This document shows positions 19,123 through 29,552 of a stretch of 64,000 nt of DNA, piece by piece. Origin of the DNA: Deltaproteobacteria bacterium (lineage in GTDB: Bacteria; Myxococcota_A; UBA9160; SMWR01); contig JAQBGU010000063.1 in the NCBI GenBank assembly GCA_032128375.1, positions 1-64,000 of the forward strand, written 5' to 3'. Under the pieces are notes generated by a model. That model ran no database searches, had not been told where the DNA came from, and saw nothing but the letters and a program-made list of their open reading frames with translations. Position 1 is the first letter of the stretch. Each line of letters starts with the position of its first letter. The position numbers and the translations under genes are program-made.

Positions 19123-19911
19123 CTACTGGGTGACGGCGTCCACTGCGTGCTGGATCGAGCCCATGGCAGCAAGCGTGGCGCGCCGGCCGGCTTCGAAAAT
19201 TTCGCGATGGTGCTTGGTGTCGAACAGGCCGTACTCGATGAGATCCGGACAGCTCAGCATCACATCGCACTCGTGGAATTTCTGCTTGGAGGATATGTGC
19301 ATGCCGACTGCCAGCGCGCGCTCACAAACGGCAAGCACGCCGCCGAGATCTGCCAGTTTCACGCTGCGCAGCGGAGTTGCATAGTGGCCAACCACGACGT
19401 CGCAGCGACCGCGCAGTGGCTCGATGGGGAAGTTGTTGATCACGCCTCCATCCACGTACCAGCGGCCATCGACTTCGGTCGGCGTGAAGACCATGGGCAT
19501 CGAGCACGAGGCCAGAATGGCGGGGATCAGCGCGCCCGACTCGAAGATCTTGAGTCGAGCGTTGATGATGTCTGTCGCGGTGAGAAAGAGTCGGATCTTC
19601 AGCGTTTCGAAGGAGTCGTCCGGGAAGTATTCGCGAAAGCTGGCTACCACCTTGGCGGTGTCCAGAATCCCGGCCTTGCGCACCGTGACGGCGGAAAGCC
19701 GCAACGGGCTGGCCTTGCTGAAGAACTCGAGCATTGTCTCCGTTGAGTGTCCCGCAGCCGCCAGCGCGCCGACAATGGCTCCCGAACTCGAGCCCGCGAT
19801 GCAATCTGGTTCGAGACCGTGGCTCCGCAGAGCGTCGATCACGCCGATGTGGGCGATGCCTCGCGCACCGCCCCCGGACAAGACCAATCCGAGCGTCACC
19901 TTGGCACTCAT
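19123..19911 (-). CDS. Patatin-like phospholipase (NTE/RssA type)
   Basis: GGGARG, GSSSG nucleophile elbow and DGG motifs. Confidence 0.93.
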   Translation of the reverse strand: MSAKVTLGLVLSGGGARGIAHIGVIDALRSHGLEPDCIAGSSSGAIVGALAAAGHSTETMLEFFSKASPLRLSAVTVRKAGILDTAKVVASFREYFPDDSFETLKIRLFLTATDIINARLKIFESGALIPAILASCSMPMVFTPTEVDGRWYVDGGVINNFPIEPLRGRCDVVVGHYATPLRSVKLADLGGVLAVCERALAVGMHISSKQKFHECDVMLSCPDLIEYGLFDTKHHREIFEAGRRATLAAMGSIQHAVDAVTQ

Positions 19912-20315
19912 TTCGCTCGTTAGACCTTCGAGGTGCGATGCGAGAGCAGGCGTCCGATTGTCGCGACCTCTCCGCTGGGCAGGTCGAGTACGGCGTCGAT
20001 CGCGAGCGAACCGACTCCGCGCTCGCGCATGCGACGGGCCGCCGCCCGCATTGTCTCACCACTTTTTCCGACTGACATGTAAGCTTCCCTCCGAAGAGAC
20101 CCAATTACGCCTCGCGGTCGACACCAGGGTAGCGCGTGGCGTCTGGGTGCGATCGATCACGCAGCGATTCTGTCGTCTGACAGAAGATTCGCGCCAATGG
20201 AATGCTTCGATACGAAAGAACCCGCTTCGATCCGTTCATCGTCGAGAGCTTGCGACTCGATGGGCTGGCATTGTAAACCAGGCGGAAGAAGTGCGAGGCG
20301 AAGCTCTGGCCGACC

Positions 20316-20347
20316 GGGGCCTATCGTGGGGCCTATCGTGGGCCTAT
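20316..20347. repeat. 12-bp tandem repeat GGGGCCTATCGT, 2 copies plus a partial copy
   Basis: Read directly, just downstream of the NTF2 gene. Confidence 0.7.
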
Positions 20348-20361
20348 GGAGACAAAGCGCG

Positions 20362-20772
20362 TCAAGGCTTCGGCTGTTCGAACCTCGAGCCCTCGAGCGT
20401 CCAGTAGCCGCGCAGGTTCGTGAGCAGACCTTCGTCGTTCACCGCGTAGGTGAAGATCCCGTGGACGATCATCGTTGCGCCGTTCGGGAACGAGGTGCGC
20501 AGCGTCATCACGTGGGCCGACTCGCTTCCCGCTACGAACGACTCGTGGGTCTCGATGCGGATCGTGTTGGGCGCCATGTTCTTGTCGAAGAATGCGCCGA
20601 GCGCTTGCTTGCCGCGGATGCCCTCGCCGCTGGGGTTGGTGGGTCCCACACCGATCGGGTCCTCGAAGTGCACGGAGTCGGCCATCAACGCCATCCACGC
20701 CTCCTTGTCGTTGGCCTGAACACAGCGCCACGAGTTCCTCGCCGCAACCAGCGCCGGGTGGTTTTCGTCCAT
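20362..20772 (-). CDS. NTF2/SnoaL/ketosteroid-isomerase-like protein (resembles mycobacterial Rv0760c)
   Basis: PALVAARNSWRCVQANDKEAWMALMADSVHFEDPIG..NPSGEGIRGK..LRGYW; GGAGG RBS. Confidence 0.85.
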   Translation of the reverse strand: MDENHPALVAARNSWRCVQANDKEAWMALMADSVHFEDPIGVGPTNPSGEGIRGKQALGAFFDKNMAPNTIRIETHESFVAGSESAHVMTLRTSFPNGATMIVHGIFTYAVNDEGLLTNLRGYWTLEGSRFEQPKP

Positions 20773-20821
20773 CACTTGTTCCTCCGATTCCTCTTGTTGC
20801 TCAACTACCTCTTGGACCTGT

Positions 20822-22867
20822 TTATACTGCGCGCGCCGCACGCGCACCCTCCTCGACGGCCTTGCGGATGAGCCCCAGTCCCGTGCAATCACCGACGGCG
20901 TGTATCTGCGGCACGCGGCCGTTCAGCGCGTCAGCGAGTGCGGTGTCCGCCTCCACCACGCCAGCCAGGATCACGCTGTCTGCCGCGATCCTGGCGCCCC
21001 GGGCCAACACGACGACGTCGGGCTCGATTCGCTCGACGTCCACCCCGGTGTTCACGGCGACGCCCAACCGGTCGAGGCGATCCATCTGCTCGGTGCGCCT
21101 CTTCATTCCTACCTCGGGCGCAATCTCGGGGCCGGCTTCGAGTACCGTGACCTGGCGCCCGCGCTCGGCGAGGAACTCAGCCAACTCGATCCCGGCAAGA
21201 TCACCGCCGACGATGACGACGCGGCGGCCCAGTGGCATCCACCAGCGCGTGAGTGCACGAAGCGGGGCAGCACGGGCGAACCGCCGTAGGGGGCGGCCTA
21301 ACAGCTGCACCCCCCAGCGTTGCCAGCTGGCGAGTTTGTTCTCCGCACCGCCCGGAAGCCGGCCGGTGAGCAGCTGTCGCAGAAGCTGCCCGCTCAGCAC
21401 ATGGGCGAGTTCCTGGCCGGTGATTTTTGGCGTCACCAGTCGGCCGCCGGTCGCAACGACGACGGCATCGGGTTCGAGTGCCACGATTGCATCCGGACCG
21501 AGCTCGCGGTTCAGCTTCACGTCGACGCCCAGGCGCGTCACTTCGCTCACGAGGTAATGGAGGAAAGACTCATTGTCCGCATGCACCATCGAGGCTATCA
21601 CGAGGGCGCCGCCCAATAAGCCCTCGCGTTCGTAGAGGGTCACGCAGTGCCCGCGCGAGGCAGCCACGCGGGCGGCTTCGAGGCCCGCCGGTCCGCCACC
21701 GATGACCACCACGCGCTTTGGGGTCTCGACGCGCCCGGTGTCGAGCTCGTGCTCGTGGCCGGTCTCTGGATTGACCGCGCAGCTCATGCGGCCGGTCTCC
21801 ATGGAGTCGATGCAATTCTGGCAGGAGATGCAGCGGCGCAGCTCGCGCGTGCGGCCGGACCTGGCCTTCTCCGGGAGGTCTGCATCGGCGAGCAACGGAC
21901 GACCCATCACGACGAGATCGGCGCGCTGCTCGCGAAGGATATCCTCCGCCAGCTCCGGGTCATGGATGCGGCCGACCACCATCACCGGCACATCCACGAC
22001 GGCCTTGATGGCGGTTGCGGCGGCGACGTTGTGGGCGTTCCCGTAGTGGGAACCGGTCACCATCTGGGTAGTCAGCCGGTCGATCACGCCTCCGCTCACG
22101 TGGAAGGCGTCCACGCCGGCAGCGACGAGCTTTGGAGCGATGCGTTGCGTGTCGTGGAGGTCGCGTCCACCGGGCACCCGCTCGTCACCGGAGATGCGCA
22201 GAGTGAGCGGGAAATCGGCACCGGTCGCGGTCTTGATCGCGCGTACCACTTCCGCGATCAGCCGGATGCGCCCGTCTTCGTGATTGCCCGAGTAGACATC
22301 CGTGCGGCGGTTGCGGCTCGGAGTGAGGAACGAACCCAGCAGCATGTAGCCGTGGGCTGCGTGCAGTTCGATGCCGTCGTAACCGGCCTCGCGCACACGC
22401 ACGGCGGCGGCGGCGTACTGGGCGATGATGTCCGGAAGTTCCTGGGCCGCGAGTTCGCGGCACGGAACGCCTGTCAGGTACGACGCGATAACCGAGGGTC
22501 CAATGTTGGGTACCCCGCAGAGATATGGCGCCAGCCCATCTGGCCCCGGATGCACGAGCTGCGGTTGAATCTTTGCACCGTGGGCGTGGACGCGGGCGGT
22601 GAGCTCCCGGTGTGCGTCGAGCACCTCGTCGCGGGCGAAGTCGATGGAGTTGGGTACCTCGCGGTGCTGCGCATCGATCGTGCAGGCGCCCAGCGTGATG
22701 AGCCCGACACCACCGCGTGACCGAGCTTCGAAGAAGGCGATCGTGCGCGGAGAAGGTACGCCATCCTTTGTCGCGTAGCACGTCTCCATGGGCGACATCA
22801 CCAGCCGGTTGCGCAACTCCAACGTGCCGATCTTCACCTGCGAGAAGAGATGGGGATACCGCGTCAC
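20822..22867 (-). CDS. NADH:flavin oxidoreductase / 2,4-dienoyl-CoA reductase-like (OYE barrel plus FeS/FAD domain)
   Basis: LRNRLVMSPM, GIELHAAHGYML, CISCQNC..CAVNP, GGGPAG; GTG overlaps the upstream stop. Confidence 0.9.
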   Translation of the reverse strand: MTRYPHLFSQVKIGTLELRNRLVMSPMETCYATKDGVPSPRTIAFFEARSRGGVGLITLGACTIDAQHREVPNSIDFARDEVLDAHRELTARVHAHGAKIQPQLVHPGPDGLAPYLCGVPNIGPSVIASYLTGVPCRELAAQELPDIIAQYAAAAVRVREAGYDGIELHAAHGYMLLGSFLTPSRNRRTDVYSGNHEDGRIRLIAEVVRAIKTATGADFPLTLRISGDERVPGGRDLHDTQRIAPKLVAAGVDAFHVSGGVIDRLTTQMVTGSHYGNAHNVAAATAIKAVVDVPVMVVGRIHDPELAEDILREQRADLVVMGRPLLADADLPEKARSGRTRELRRCISCQNCIDSMETGRMSCAVNPETGHEHELDTGRVETPKRVVVIGGGPAGLEAARVAASRGHCVTLYEREGLLGGALVIASMVHADNESFLHYLVSEVTRLGVDVKLNRELGPDAIVALEPDAVVVATGGRLVTPKITGQELAHVLSGQLLRQLLTGRLPGGAENKLASWQRWGVQLLGRPLRRFARAAPLRALTRWWMPLGRRVVIVGGDLAGIELAEFLAERGRQVTVLEAGPEIAPEVGMKRRTEQMDRLDRLGVAVNTGVDVERIEPDVVVLARGARIAADSVILAGVVEADTALADALNGRVPQIHAVGDCTGLGLIRKAVEEGARAARAV

Positions 22868-24324
22868 TGCCAGGGCTCCGCCGCGGCCACGGTACGCCCG
22901 GCCAGGCGGCCGAAGAAACTGCCATCGCCAATCGAAAGCCCACTGGCGTAGTTGCGTCCCTCTCGGCACAGACCCGCAGTGCAGCGCCCGGCAGCGTAGA
23001 GGCCGGGGATCGCGTTGTTGTCGGGGTCCAGCACGTCGCCGCTGGCTCGTACCGACAGACCACCCAACGTGAACACACCAAATATCGAGCCCCCAGTGCT
23101 GCAATCGAGCGCACCGAATGGCGGCTCGGTCAGCGGCTTCAGGTGCTTTGCCGCTTTGTGGAAGAGCGGATCCTCTCCCCGCTGCGCGGCGCGGTTGTAA
23201 TACCTGAGCGTGGCCACCAGGGTGTCGGGCGGCAGCTCGAGGGCGCGCTCCAACGCTCCGAAGCTGTCTTCCACCGCGGCGAGTTTGTGGAAGGCCTGGG
23301 TCTGCCCGTAGATCTCGTCATCGACGATCAGCCATGCACGACCGTCGGCCTTGTTGAGGATGGCGTCGCTGGTGCGCCCCAAGTACGAATCTTCATTCAC
23401 GAAGCGCCGTCCCTGGCCATCGACCAACACGCCCTTCAGGTGTGAAGCGGGCGGGTAGTAGGCATTGAGGACGAGGCCTTCGTTCATGTTGATCGCCTCC
23501 GCCCCGACGCTCAGCCCCATGTTGATCCCCGATCCGTCGTCGGCCTCTGTGCCCACCTTGTAGTTGCACTGGAGCAGCTGCGGTGCGTGCTTCGCCAGCA
23601 TCTCCCTGTTGAAGACGAAACCGCCGGTTGCGAGGATGACACCGCGCCGAGCCTTTACGAAGAACGGCTCGCGCTCACGCAGGGCCGACACGCCGACCAC
23701 GCGTCCCGCGTCGTCGACGACGAGCCGCTCGACGCGACACTCGTTGAGGACGCTGGCGCCAGCATCCAGCGTGCCCTGGAGAATCGCCTCCATCAGGAAG
23801 CCGCCGGCCTCTCCCTCGCGGGCGGGCTTGTGACCGCGTGGCACCGGGCGCGCTTCCTCGCGGTGGGGCCAGGCCTCTTCATTGCCGCTGTAAGTGAGAC
23901 AGTCATCGGTGAAGGGGTGGGTGGTCTTTTCTTCGAGGAAGGTTTCGTTGTAGTCGACGCCGAGTTCGCGAAACCAATCGAAGTGTTCGAGGCTACCCTC
24001 GCAATACAGCCGAACCCGCTCCGGGTCGGCGTGCTCCCCGGCCGCCAGAGTAACGAACGCCTTCATGTGTTCGACCGAGTCCTCGAACCCGCAGGCGCGC
24101 TGGATGTCGGTTCCACCACCGAAGTAGGTAATGCCTGTCGAAAGCGCGGTGGCGCCACCTCCGCGGGTCATCCGCTCTAACACCACCGTGTCGGCACCCG
24201 CTCGCGCCGCTTCGATGGCCGCAGCACCTCCCGCGACGCCCTGCCCGACAACGACGACATCGTGCTCCGCATTCCAGCAAGCGACCTGCCGAAGAGGCAG
24301 CGGTCGCGTGATGGCATCACTCAC
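22864..24324 (-). CDS. FAD-dependent oxidoreductase, 3-ketosteroid dehydrogenase (KstD/delta4-5alpha)-like
   Basis: DVVVVGQGVAG, VILATGGF, RRFVNED, FTLGGL, IPGLYAAG, YASGLSIGDGSFFGR. Confidence 0.8.
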   Translation of the reverse strand: MSDAITRPLPLRQVACWNAEHDVVVVGQGVAGGAAAIEAARAGADTVVLERMTRGGGATALSTGITYFGGGTDIQRACGFEDSVEHMKAFVTLAAGEHADPERVRLYCEGSLEHFDWFRELGVDYNETFLEEKTTHPFTDDCLTYSGNEEAWPHREEARPVPRGHKPAREGEAGGFLMEAILQGTLDAGASVLNECRVERLVVDDAGRVVGVSALREREPFFVKARRGVILATGGFVFNREMLAKHAPQLLQCNYKVGTEADDGSGINMGLSVGAEAINMNEGLVLNAYYPPASHLKGVLVDGQGRRFVNEDSYLGRTSDAILNKADGRAWLIVDDEIYGQTQAFHKLAAVEDSFGALERALELPPDTLVATLRYYNRAAQRGEDPLFHKAAKHLKPLTEPPFGALDCSTGGSIFGVFTLGGLSVRASGDVLDPDNNAIPGLYAAGRCTAGLCREGRNYASGLSIGDGSFFGRLAGRTVAAAEPWQ

Positions 24325-24612
24325 TGGGCTGCTTCTTCAAAGGCCTCGCAGGCGCAGCAGAGCGAAAACGGCACTCGTCGACCTTCAGCATTCCAACTCC
24401 TCCGCCCACCGGTCTGATGCTGACGGCCCTTTGAAATTCAGAGCCCGAGACTCGGCACCGGGGTCCGGGATACCGGTCGAAGCGTAGATCCTTCGAAAAC
24501 CGGTTGCGATCTCGACAAGGTATTCCGCAGAGAAACTGCACCGCGGAGCCGGCAGCGACGCCGTCTGTAACCATTCGCCAAACTGGCATTCCGTTCGCCG
24601 GACTGACATGCT

Positions 24613-25320
24613 GTGTCTTTCGAAAACCGCAAACCGCGTTCCGCCGACACGACACCCAAGGAGCGGAATCGTGAAGACCGTGGAGTCAACCCACTGACCG
24701 CGCTACCTGTTTCGCCGGTTCGCCACCAAATCGCCTGCCCCGCCTGCGATCTCCTGCTCACGCTCACGCCCCTCGAGGACGGCGAGCGCGCCGACTGTCC
24801 GCGCTGCGGCCACTCGCTGACAGCGCGGGTACCGGCGGCGCTCGATCGGACGCTGGCATTTGCGATCGCCGCGGCGGTCTTTCTCGTCATGGCCAATATG
24901 TTCCCATTCCTCGCGTTGAAGCAGAGCGGTCTCGAGAACGTGATGACGCTACCCGAAGCTACGCTGCAGCTCTCGCGTGACGGTTTCACAACGCTCGCCA
25001 CGATCTTCGTCGCCATGACTGTAGTCATCCCCGCCGTTCTGCTCGCGGTCATGGTTTCGTTGCTCGTACCGCTGCGGCAAAGCAGTGGTGGTCGCTGGCT
25101 CGTCCATGGCGCTCGCTGGCTGTATCGGATGAGTCCGTGGAGCATGGCCGAGGTCTTCATTATCGGCGTGATCGTGAGCCTGGTGAAGATCGCCGCCATG
25201 GCGACGGTTCTACTCGGGATCTCATTTTGGTCCTATGCTGCGTTCACCGTCTGCCTGACGGCCGCGCTGTCGAGCCTCGATCGCGAACAGCTTTGGAGCA
25301 CGATCGAGAGCGCCCAATGA
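24613..25320 (+). CDS. pqiA: Paraquat-inducible protein A (N-terminal half type); start uncertain
   Basis: CPACD..CPRCG zinc site; WSMAEVFIIGVIVSLVKI; transmembrane segments. Confidence 0.9.
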   Translation: MSFENRKPRSADTTPKERNREDRGVNPLTALPVSPVRHQIACPACDLLLTLTPLEDGERADCPRCGHSLTARVPAALDRTLAFAIAAAVFLVMANMFPFLALKQSGLENVMTLPEATLQLSRDGFTTLATIFVAMTVVIPAVLLAVMVSLLVPLRQSSGGRWLVHGARWLYRMSPWSMAEVFIIGVIVSLVKIAAMATVLLGISFWSYAAFTVCLTAALSSLDREQLWSTIESAQ

Positions 25321-25940
25321 CGGAATACCCCGCAAATTCTGCCGCGAGCCGCGGGTTGGCTACTTGTCATCTGTGCCTCAAGCTCGCGCCCGTCGCGCTA
25401 CACGCGTGTCCGCGCTGTGGCAGCGCGCTGCATTTGCGCAAACCGCACAGCCTGGAGCGTGTCGTGGCTCTGCTCATCACCGCCGTTGTCTGTTACATCC
25501 CCGCCAATATCCTACCCATCATGGTCACGAACCAACTCGGGTCTGCGGAAGCCAGCACGATTCTGGGCGGCGTGGTGCTGCTGTGGCACCACGGTTCGTA
25601 CCCGATCGCCGCGGTGATCTTTATCGCGAGTGTGTTCGTGCCGCTCGCAAAGATGCTGATCTTGGCCTGGTTGGTCTGGAGCGTCGCGCGCCGGCAAGGC
25701 ACCAGCGCCCGCGAGCGAACCGTGCTGTTCCGCGTGACGGAGTTCATGGGTCGCTGGTCGATGGTCGACGTCTTCGTGGTAGCCATTCTGGTGGCGCTGA
25801 TCCAACTGGGCGGCATCCTCGTGATCAAACCCGCGGCAGCGGCGCTGGCCTTTGCGGTGTTGGTGATCGTCACGATTCTGGCGGCCGAGAGTTTCGACTC
25901 GCGACTGATGTGGGACCATGTGGGAGACGCTGATGGCTGA
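25317..25940 (+). CDS. pqiA: Paraquat-inducible protein A (C-terminal half type)
   Basis: CHLC..CPRCG; IPANILPIM; GRWSMVDVFVVAILVAL; FDSRLMWD. Confidence 0.92.
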   Translation: MTEYPANSAASRGLATCHLCLKLAPVALHACPRCGSALHLRKPHSLERVVALLITAVVCYIPANILPIMVTNQLGSAEASTILGGVVLLWHHGSYPIAAVIFIASVFVPLAKMLILAWLVWSVARRQGTSARERTVLFRVTEFMGRWSMVDVFVVAILVALIQLGGILVIKPAAAALAFAVLVIVTILAAESFDSRLMWDHVGDADG

Positions 25941-27549
25941 CGCCGAAGCCGTCGTCCGAAAGAGACGCCGACTGTCTGCGATCTGGTTCGTTCCTGCGAT
26001 CGCGGTCGCTCTGGGCCTTTGGATGGTCGTCTACACGTATCTGAGCGAAGGCCCAAGAGTGACGATCGAATTCGTGACAGCCGAAGGCATCGAGGCTGGC
26101 AAGACGAAAATCAAGGCTCGCAGCGTGGAGATCGGGCTCGTCGAAAGTGTCGCGCTGTCGGAGGACATGAGCCACGTCATCGTCGTCGCGCAACTCCAAA
26201 ACTTCGCCGAGCCGCTGCTGAATGAAGAAACGAACTTCTGGGTCGTGCGCGCGCGTGTGGGTGCGGGTGGGGTTTCGGGCCTGGGCACCATTCTTTCAGG
26301 GGGCTACATCGAACTCGCGCCCGGCCAAGGCGCCGCGCACAGGCGAGATTTCGTGGGGCTCGAAAACGTTCCGGTGACACCGGCTGGAACGCCCGGCGTG
26401 AAGATCACCGTCGTGAGTTCGCGCGCAGGTTCCCTCAACGTCGGGGACCCGGTAATCTACAAGGGCTTCACCGTCGGGCGGGTCGAGAGCGACGAGTTCG
26501 ACGTGGAGACGGAGACCGTCCGCAACGACGTCTTCATCAACGCCCCGTACAACGACCTCGTGACAACGAACACCCGCTTCTGGAACGCGTCGGGGATCTC
26601 CTTTAGCGCCACCACCGAGGGGATCAAGGTGAGCTTGGGTTCGCTCGAGAGTCTGGTGATTGGGGGGCTGAGTTTTGGACTTCCAGAGGACCTGGAGCCC
26701 GGTGAGCGGAAGATCGAAGGAACGCTGTTCAAGCTCTACGCCAGTGAGGAGGAAGCCAACGAGAGCCCGAACCGCCACTACGCGGAGTACGTAGTCTCCT
26801 TCACGCAATCGGTGCTCGGGCTGAACAAGGGCGCACCCGTGCGGTACCGCGGAATCCGCGTCGGTACCGTTCAGCGCATCATGATCGACGAGATCCTCGA
26901 CCCCGAGGGGGGGGAAAGGGGCCGTCCGATTCCCGTGCTCATCCGCGTCGAACCGGGCCGGTTCGGGCTCGGCGACACGCCAGCCGGCGTCGGGCGAATC
27001 GTCGAAGTGGTGGAAACGGCGGTCGGACACGGTTTCCGGGCGACACTCGAGAGCGGGAACCTGCTGACGGGAAACCTGTACGTCGGACTCGATTTCCACC
27101 CCGAGGAGGCGGCCGCCGGCATCGGCGAATTTGCGGGCCGTCCCACGCTTCCGACGATCCCAGGCGGGCTCGCGCAGATCGAGCAGAAGGTCGCCAAGTT
27201 GCTGGACAAGCTCAACGCAATCCCGCTCGAGCCGACCGTAGCCTCGGCTGACCGTACACTGCGGGAGGTCGAGCGCACGTTGTCCGCGCTGCGCACGTTG
27301 CTCGCAAGTGATGCTACGCAACAGCTTCCCGCGTCGATCGACGCAGCCATCGAACAGTTGCGGGTTGTGCTACAGGGCTTTTCGATGGAGTCCCCGCTGT
27401 ATGAGGACCTGAGCCGCGCAGTCAACGAACTGAACAGCACGCTTCAGGGCGTGAATGATTTGTCGCGCACCCTCGACCAGCGGCCGAGTAGCTTGATCTT
27501 CTCGCGCGATCGGCCGAACGATCCGCAACCGACAGCAGGCAAACCATGA
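25933..27549 (+). CDS. pqiB: Intermembrane transport protein PqiB (three MCE domains)
   Basis: SAIWFVP, EGIEAGKTKIK, FWVVRARVG, TRFWNASG, GAPVRYRGIRVG; helical C-terminus. Confidence 0.93.
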   Translation: MADAEAVVRKRRRLSAIWFVPAIAVALGLWMVVYTYLSEGPRVTIEFVTAEGIEAGKTKIKARSVEIGLVESVALSEDMSHVIVVAQLQNFAEPLLNEETNFWVVRARVGAGGVSGLGTILSGGYIELAPGQGAAHRRDFVGLENVPVTPAGTPGVKITVVSSRAGSLNVGDPVIYKGFTVGRVESDEFDVETETVRNDVFINAPYNDLVTTNTRFWNASGISFSATTEGIKVSLGSLESLVIGGLSFGLPEDLEPGERKIEGTLFKLYASEEEANESPNRHYAEYVVSFTQSVLGLNKGAPVRYRGIRVGTVQRIMIDEILDPEGGERGRPIPVLIRVEPGRFGLGDTPAGVGRIVEVVETAVGHGFRATLESGNLLTGNLYVGLDFHPEEAAAGIGEFAGRPTLPTIPGGLAQIEQKVAKLLDKLNAIPLEPTVASADRTLREVERTLSALRTLLASDATQQLPASIDAAIEQLRVVLQGFSMESPLYEDLSRAVNELNSTLQGVNDLSRTLDQRPSSLIFSRDRPNDPQPTAGKP

Positions 27550-28157
27550 CGAAGACCCTGTTGCTGCTCCTCGTGACGATTGCGGCCGGTTGTGCGAGCC
27601 CGCCGCAGGAGACCACGCGCTACTTGCTGCGTTCGGAGAGTTCCACTCGAGCTGGGGTGATACCGGACGCAAACCTCGTCGGGATCGCCCAGGTGCGCGT
27701 CGCGACGTATCTCGATCAGCCGGGCATGATCGTCGAGACGGCCCCGCGCGAGGTGCATTCCGCACGCCTCAACATCTGGGCGGAGCCGCTCAGCGAAGGC
27801 GTACGCCACTACCTGCGCTCGGCCCTGTCCCGGGATCTCGGCTATCAAGTGAGCGATGAGAACGCGAGCCGCAACCAGTGGTCGTACGAGGTGCAGGTGG
27901 AAATCAACGAGTTCCACGGAACCCTCTCGGGCGAGGCGCGGCTCGTGGCCGCCTGGAGCATCGTGACCTCAGCGTCCTCCGAACCGGTCCGAGGGTTGCA
28001 CCACAGCGACAGCGAAACCCTTTCGGAGCCTGGCTACGCTGGCCTCGTCGACGCGCAGACCCGACTGCTCGATCGCCTCGCCGCCCGAATCGCCGGCGCG
28101 CTGAGAGAACTCCAGGCCCATCGCGAGCTATCCGGGATCGACGACTCCATCGATTGA
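27546..28157 (+). CDS. pqiC: PqiC family lipoprotein
   Basis: Lipobox IAAGC; YLDQPGMIV..WAEPL; overlaps the pqiB stop. Confidence 0.88.
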   Translation: MTKTLLLLLVTIAAGCASPPQETTRYLLRSESSTRAGVIPDANLVGIAQVRVATYLDQPGMIVETAPREVHSARLNIWAEPLSEGVRHYLRSALSRDLGYQVSDENASRNQWSYEVQVEINEFHGTLSGEARLVAAWSIVTSASSEPVRGLHHSDSETLSEPGYAGLVDAQTRLLDRLAARIAGALRELQAHRELSGIDDSID

Positions 28158-28188
28158 TCGACTCACCTCGGGTCAGCCGATCGCCTAC

Positions 28189-28255
28189 GAGCCCGACCCC
28201 AGATGGGTCGGGCGACGACGTGGAAGCTTGCGCCGCGCAGCGGCGAACGCGCAAC
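28189..28255 (+). repeat. 67-bp double-hairpin REP-like element, copy 1
   Basis: About 8 mismatches to 34684-34750; stems GCCCGACCC/GGGTCGGGC and CGCCGC/GCGGCG. Confidence 0.85.
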
Positions 28256-29548
28256 TAGCCGCGCAGCATTCGTCGCTGTTCGAACTGGAATGCGGCGCCA
28301 CGGCTGATCTTCGCGAGTTTCAGTTCCTGCGGCACGGATTGGGGATCGGCGGCACGATTGATGACGATATCCCATGCGAATCGCGCGCCACGCGGATCGC
28401 TCACCGGATGGCATCTCGCATAGGGGTTCACCGCTCCCGCGATTGCGTCGAGGGCGGGATGGACGGCCTGCGACAGCCCCGCGAACCAGCTGTGGGGAGT
28501 CGCGTTCTTCGAAGGCGGAGCAATCGCCAATTGCTATGCGTGCGGTCTGTGGTCCAGTCACCTCGACTCGAAAATTCACATAACCGCGCGGATGGAAGCA
28601 CGGATGCATCTGGAAAACCTTCGCGATCGCGTCGATATCGTCGCCGACGATTCCAAGAGGCGCGCGAAGGCGTTCCGCAGTCAGCGCTGCGACGCCCGTC
28701 CACTGGGCCGCACCGAGTTCGCTCGCGACGCCTGCCCCCGCTCGCTGATCCGCGCAAAGCATGAATGCGCGAGCGAGCAGATGGCTCTGCACCGCAGCCT
28801 CCTGCGCAACCACGACAAGAGCGCGGTGGGATAGGTCTTCGAGTTGGAATCCGGGATCAAACGCTCCTGAGTAGTCAGCCCAGCCGCCCGGCTCGCCATC
28901 TGCTTTCGGAACCTGGACCTGCGTCTGTGCAATCTTTGCGCCCGCTACGATCTCGAGATTCGGGTGCTGTTCGTAGGGCTCTGCTTCTGCATCGATGAAC
29001 ACCTTCCAACGACACGCTGGATAGCGACCGGCGGGGTCGCGTGGCGGACGGTGGATCGCACGCATCTTCATGCAGGGATGGGCGGCCGCGGCCGTCGCGT
29101 CGAAGGTCGGGTCCTCGATGTCGTGACACATCGCCTTGACCCGATCCTCACCGAACGGCTCCACATCCAGCAGGGCCCCGCAATGTGCGAGCCAGAATTC
29201 GCCATAGTCCGGTCGGTCGAGCCGAAACTGGAAATCCATGAACTGGTGCGGTGCACCAATGTCGAGCTGAAGATTCTTGAAGACCGTGCCGACCTCGCTT
29301 CCCTCGAAATTCAACGCGCGTTGCATCCGCTTCGAGTAGATCGGACTCGCCGCCATCCACTCCTCGATCGCAAACCGCACGTAGGCATCGCCACCACAGT
29401 GTTTCACAACGAGCGGCATGCCGACACGATCCTGGAGATGGCCGTTCAGCAGGTACTCGCGGCCGAGATGTGCGAGTGCCTGGCGCGAAAAATCGGCGAG
29501 TGTGGCGTCGGCATCGAAGGGTCCTGAATAGTCACGGCGCAGTGTCAT
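28255..29548 (-). CDS. Conserved hypothetical protein with an internally duplicated domain; +1 frameshift near 28494-28497
   Basis: Two repeats, DYSGPFD..LADFSRQAL and DYSGAFD..LEDLSHRAL. Removing one base of the G4 run gives ..ERDSHSWFAGL..EQRRMLRG*, ending at 28255. Confidence 0.75.
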
Positions 29549-29552
29549 GACC

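Noticed and set aside
13948..19911. CBS protein and patatin as effectors of the cyclase array (CBASS/Pycsar-like)
   Set aside because: Both are on the opposite strand in other transcription units. The patatin looks like an ordinary NTE/RssA type with no cyclic-nucleotide-binding domain, so proximity is the only support.
20168..20185. Inverted repeat TTCTGTC-GTCT-GACAGAA
   Set aside because: Single 7-bp-arm occurrence with no U-tract or second copy; cannot be assigned a function.
24584..24598. Possible sigma-54 promoter TGGCATTCCGTTCGC before pqiA
   Set aside because: GG-N10-GC spacing fits, but the -12 element is TCGC rather than TTGC and the pqiA start is uncertain.
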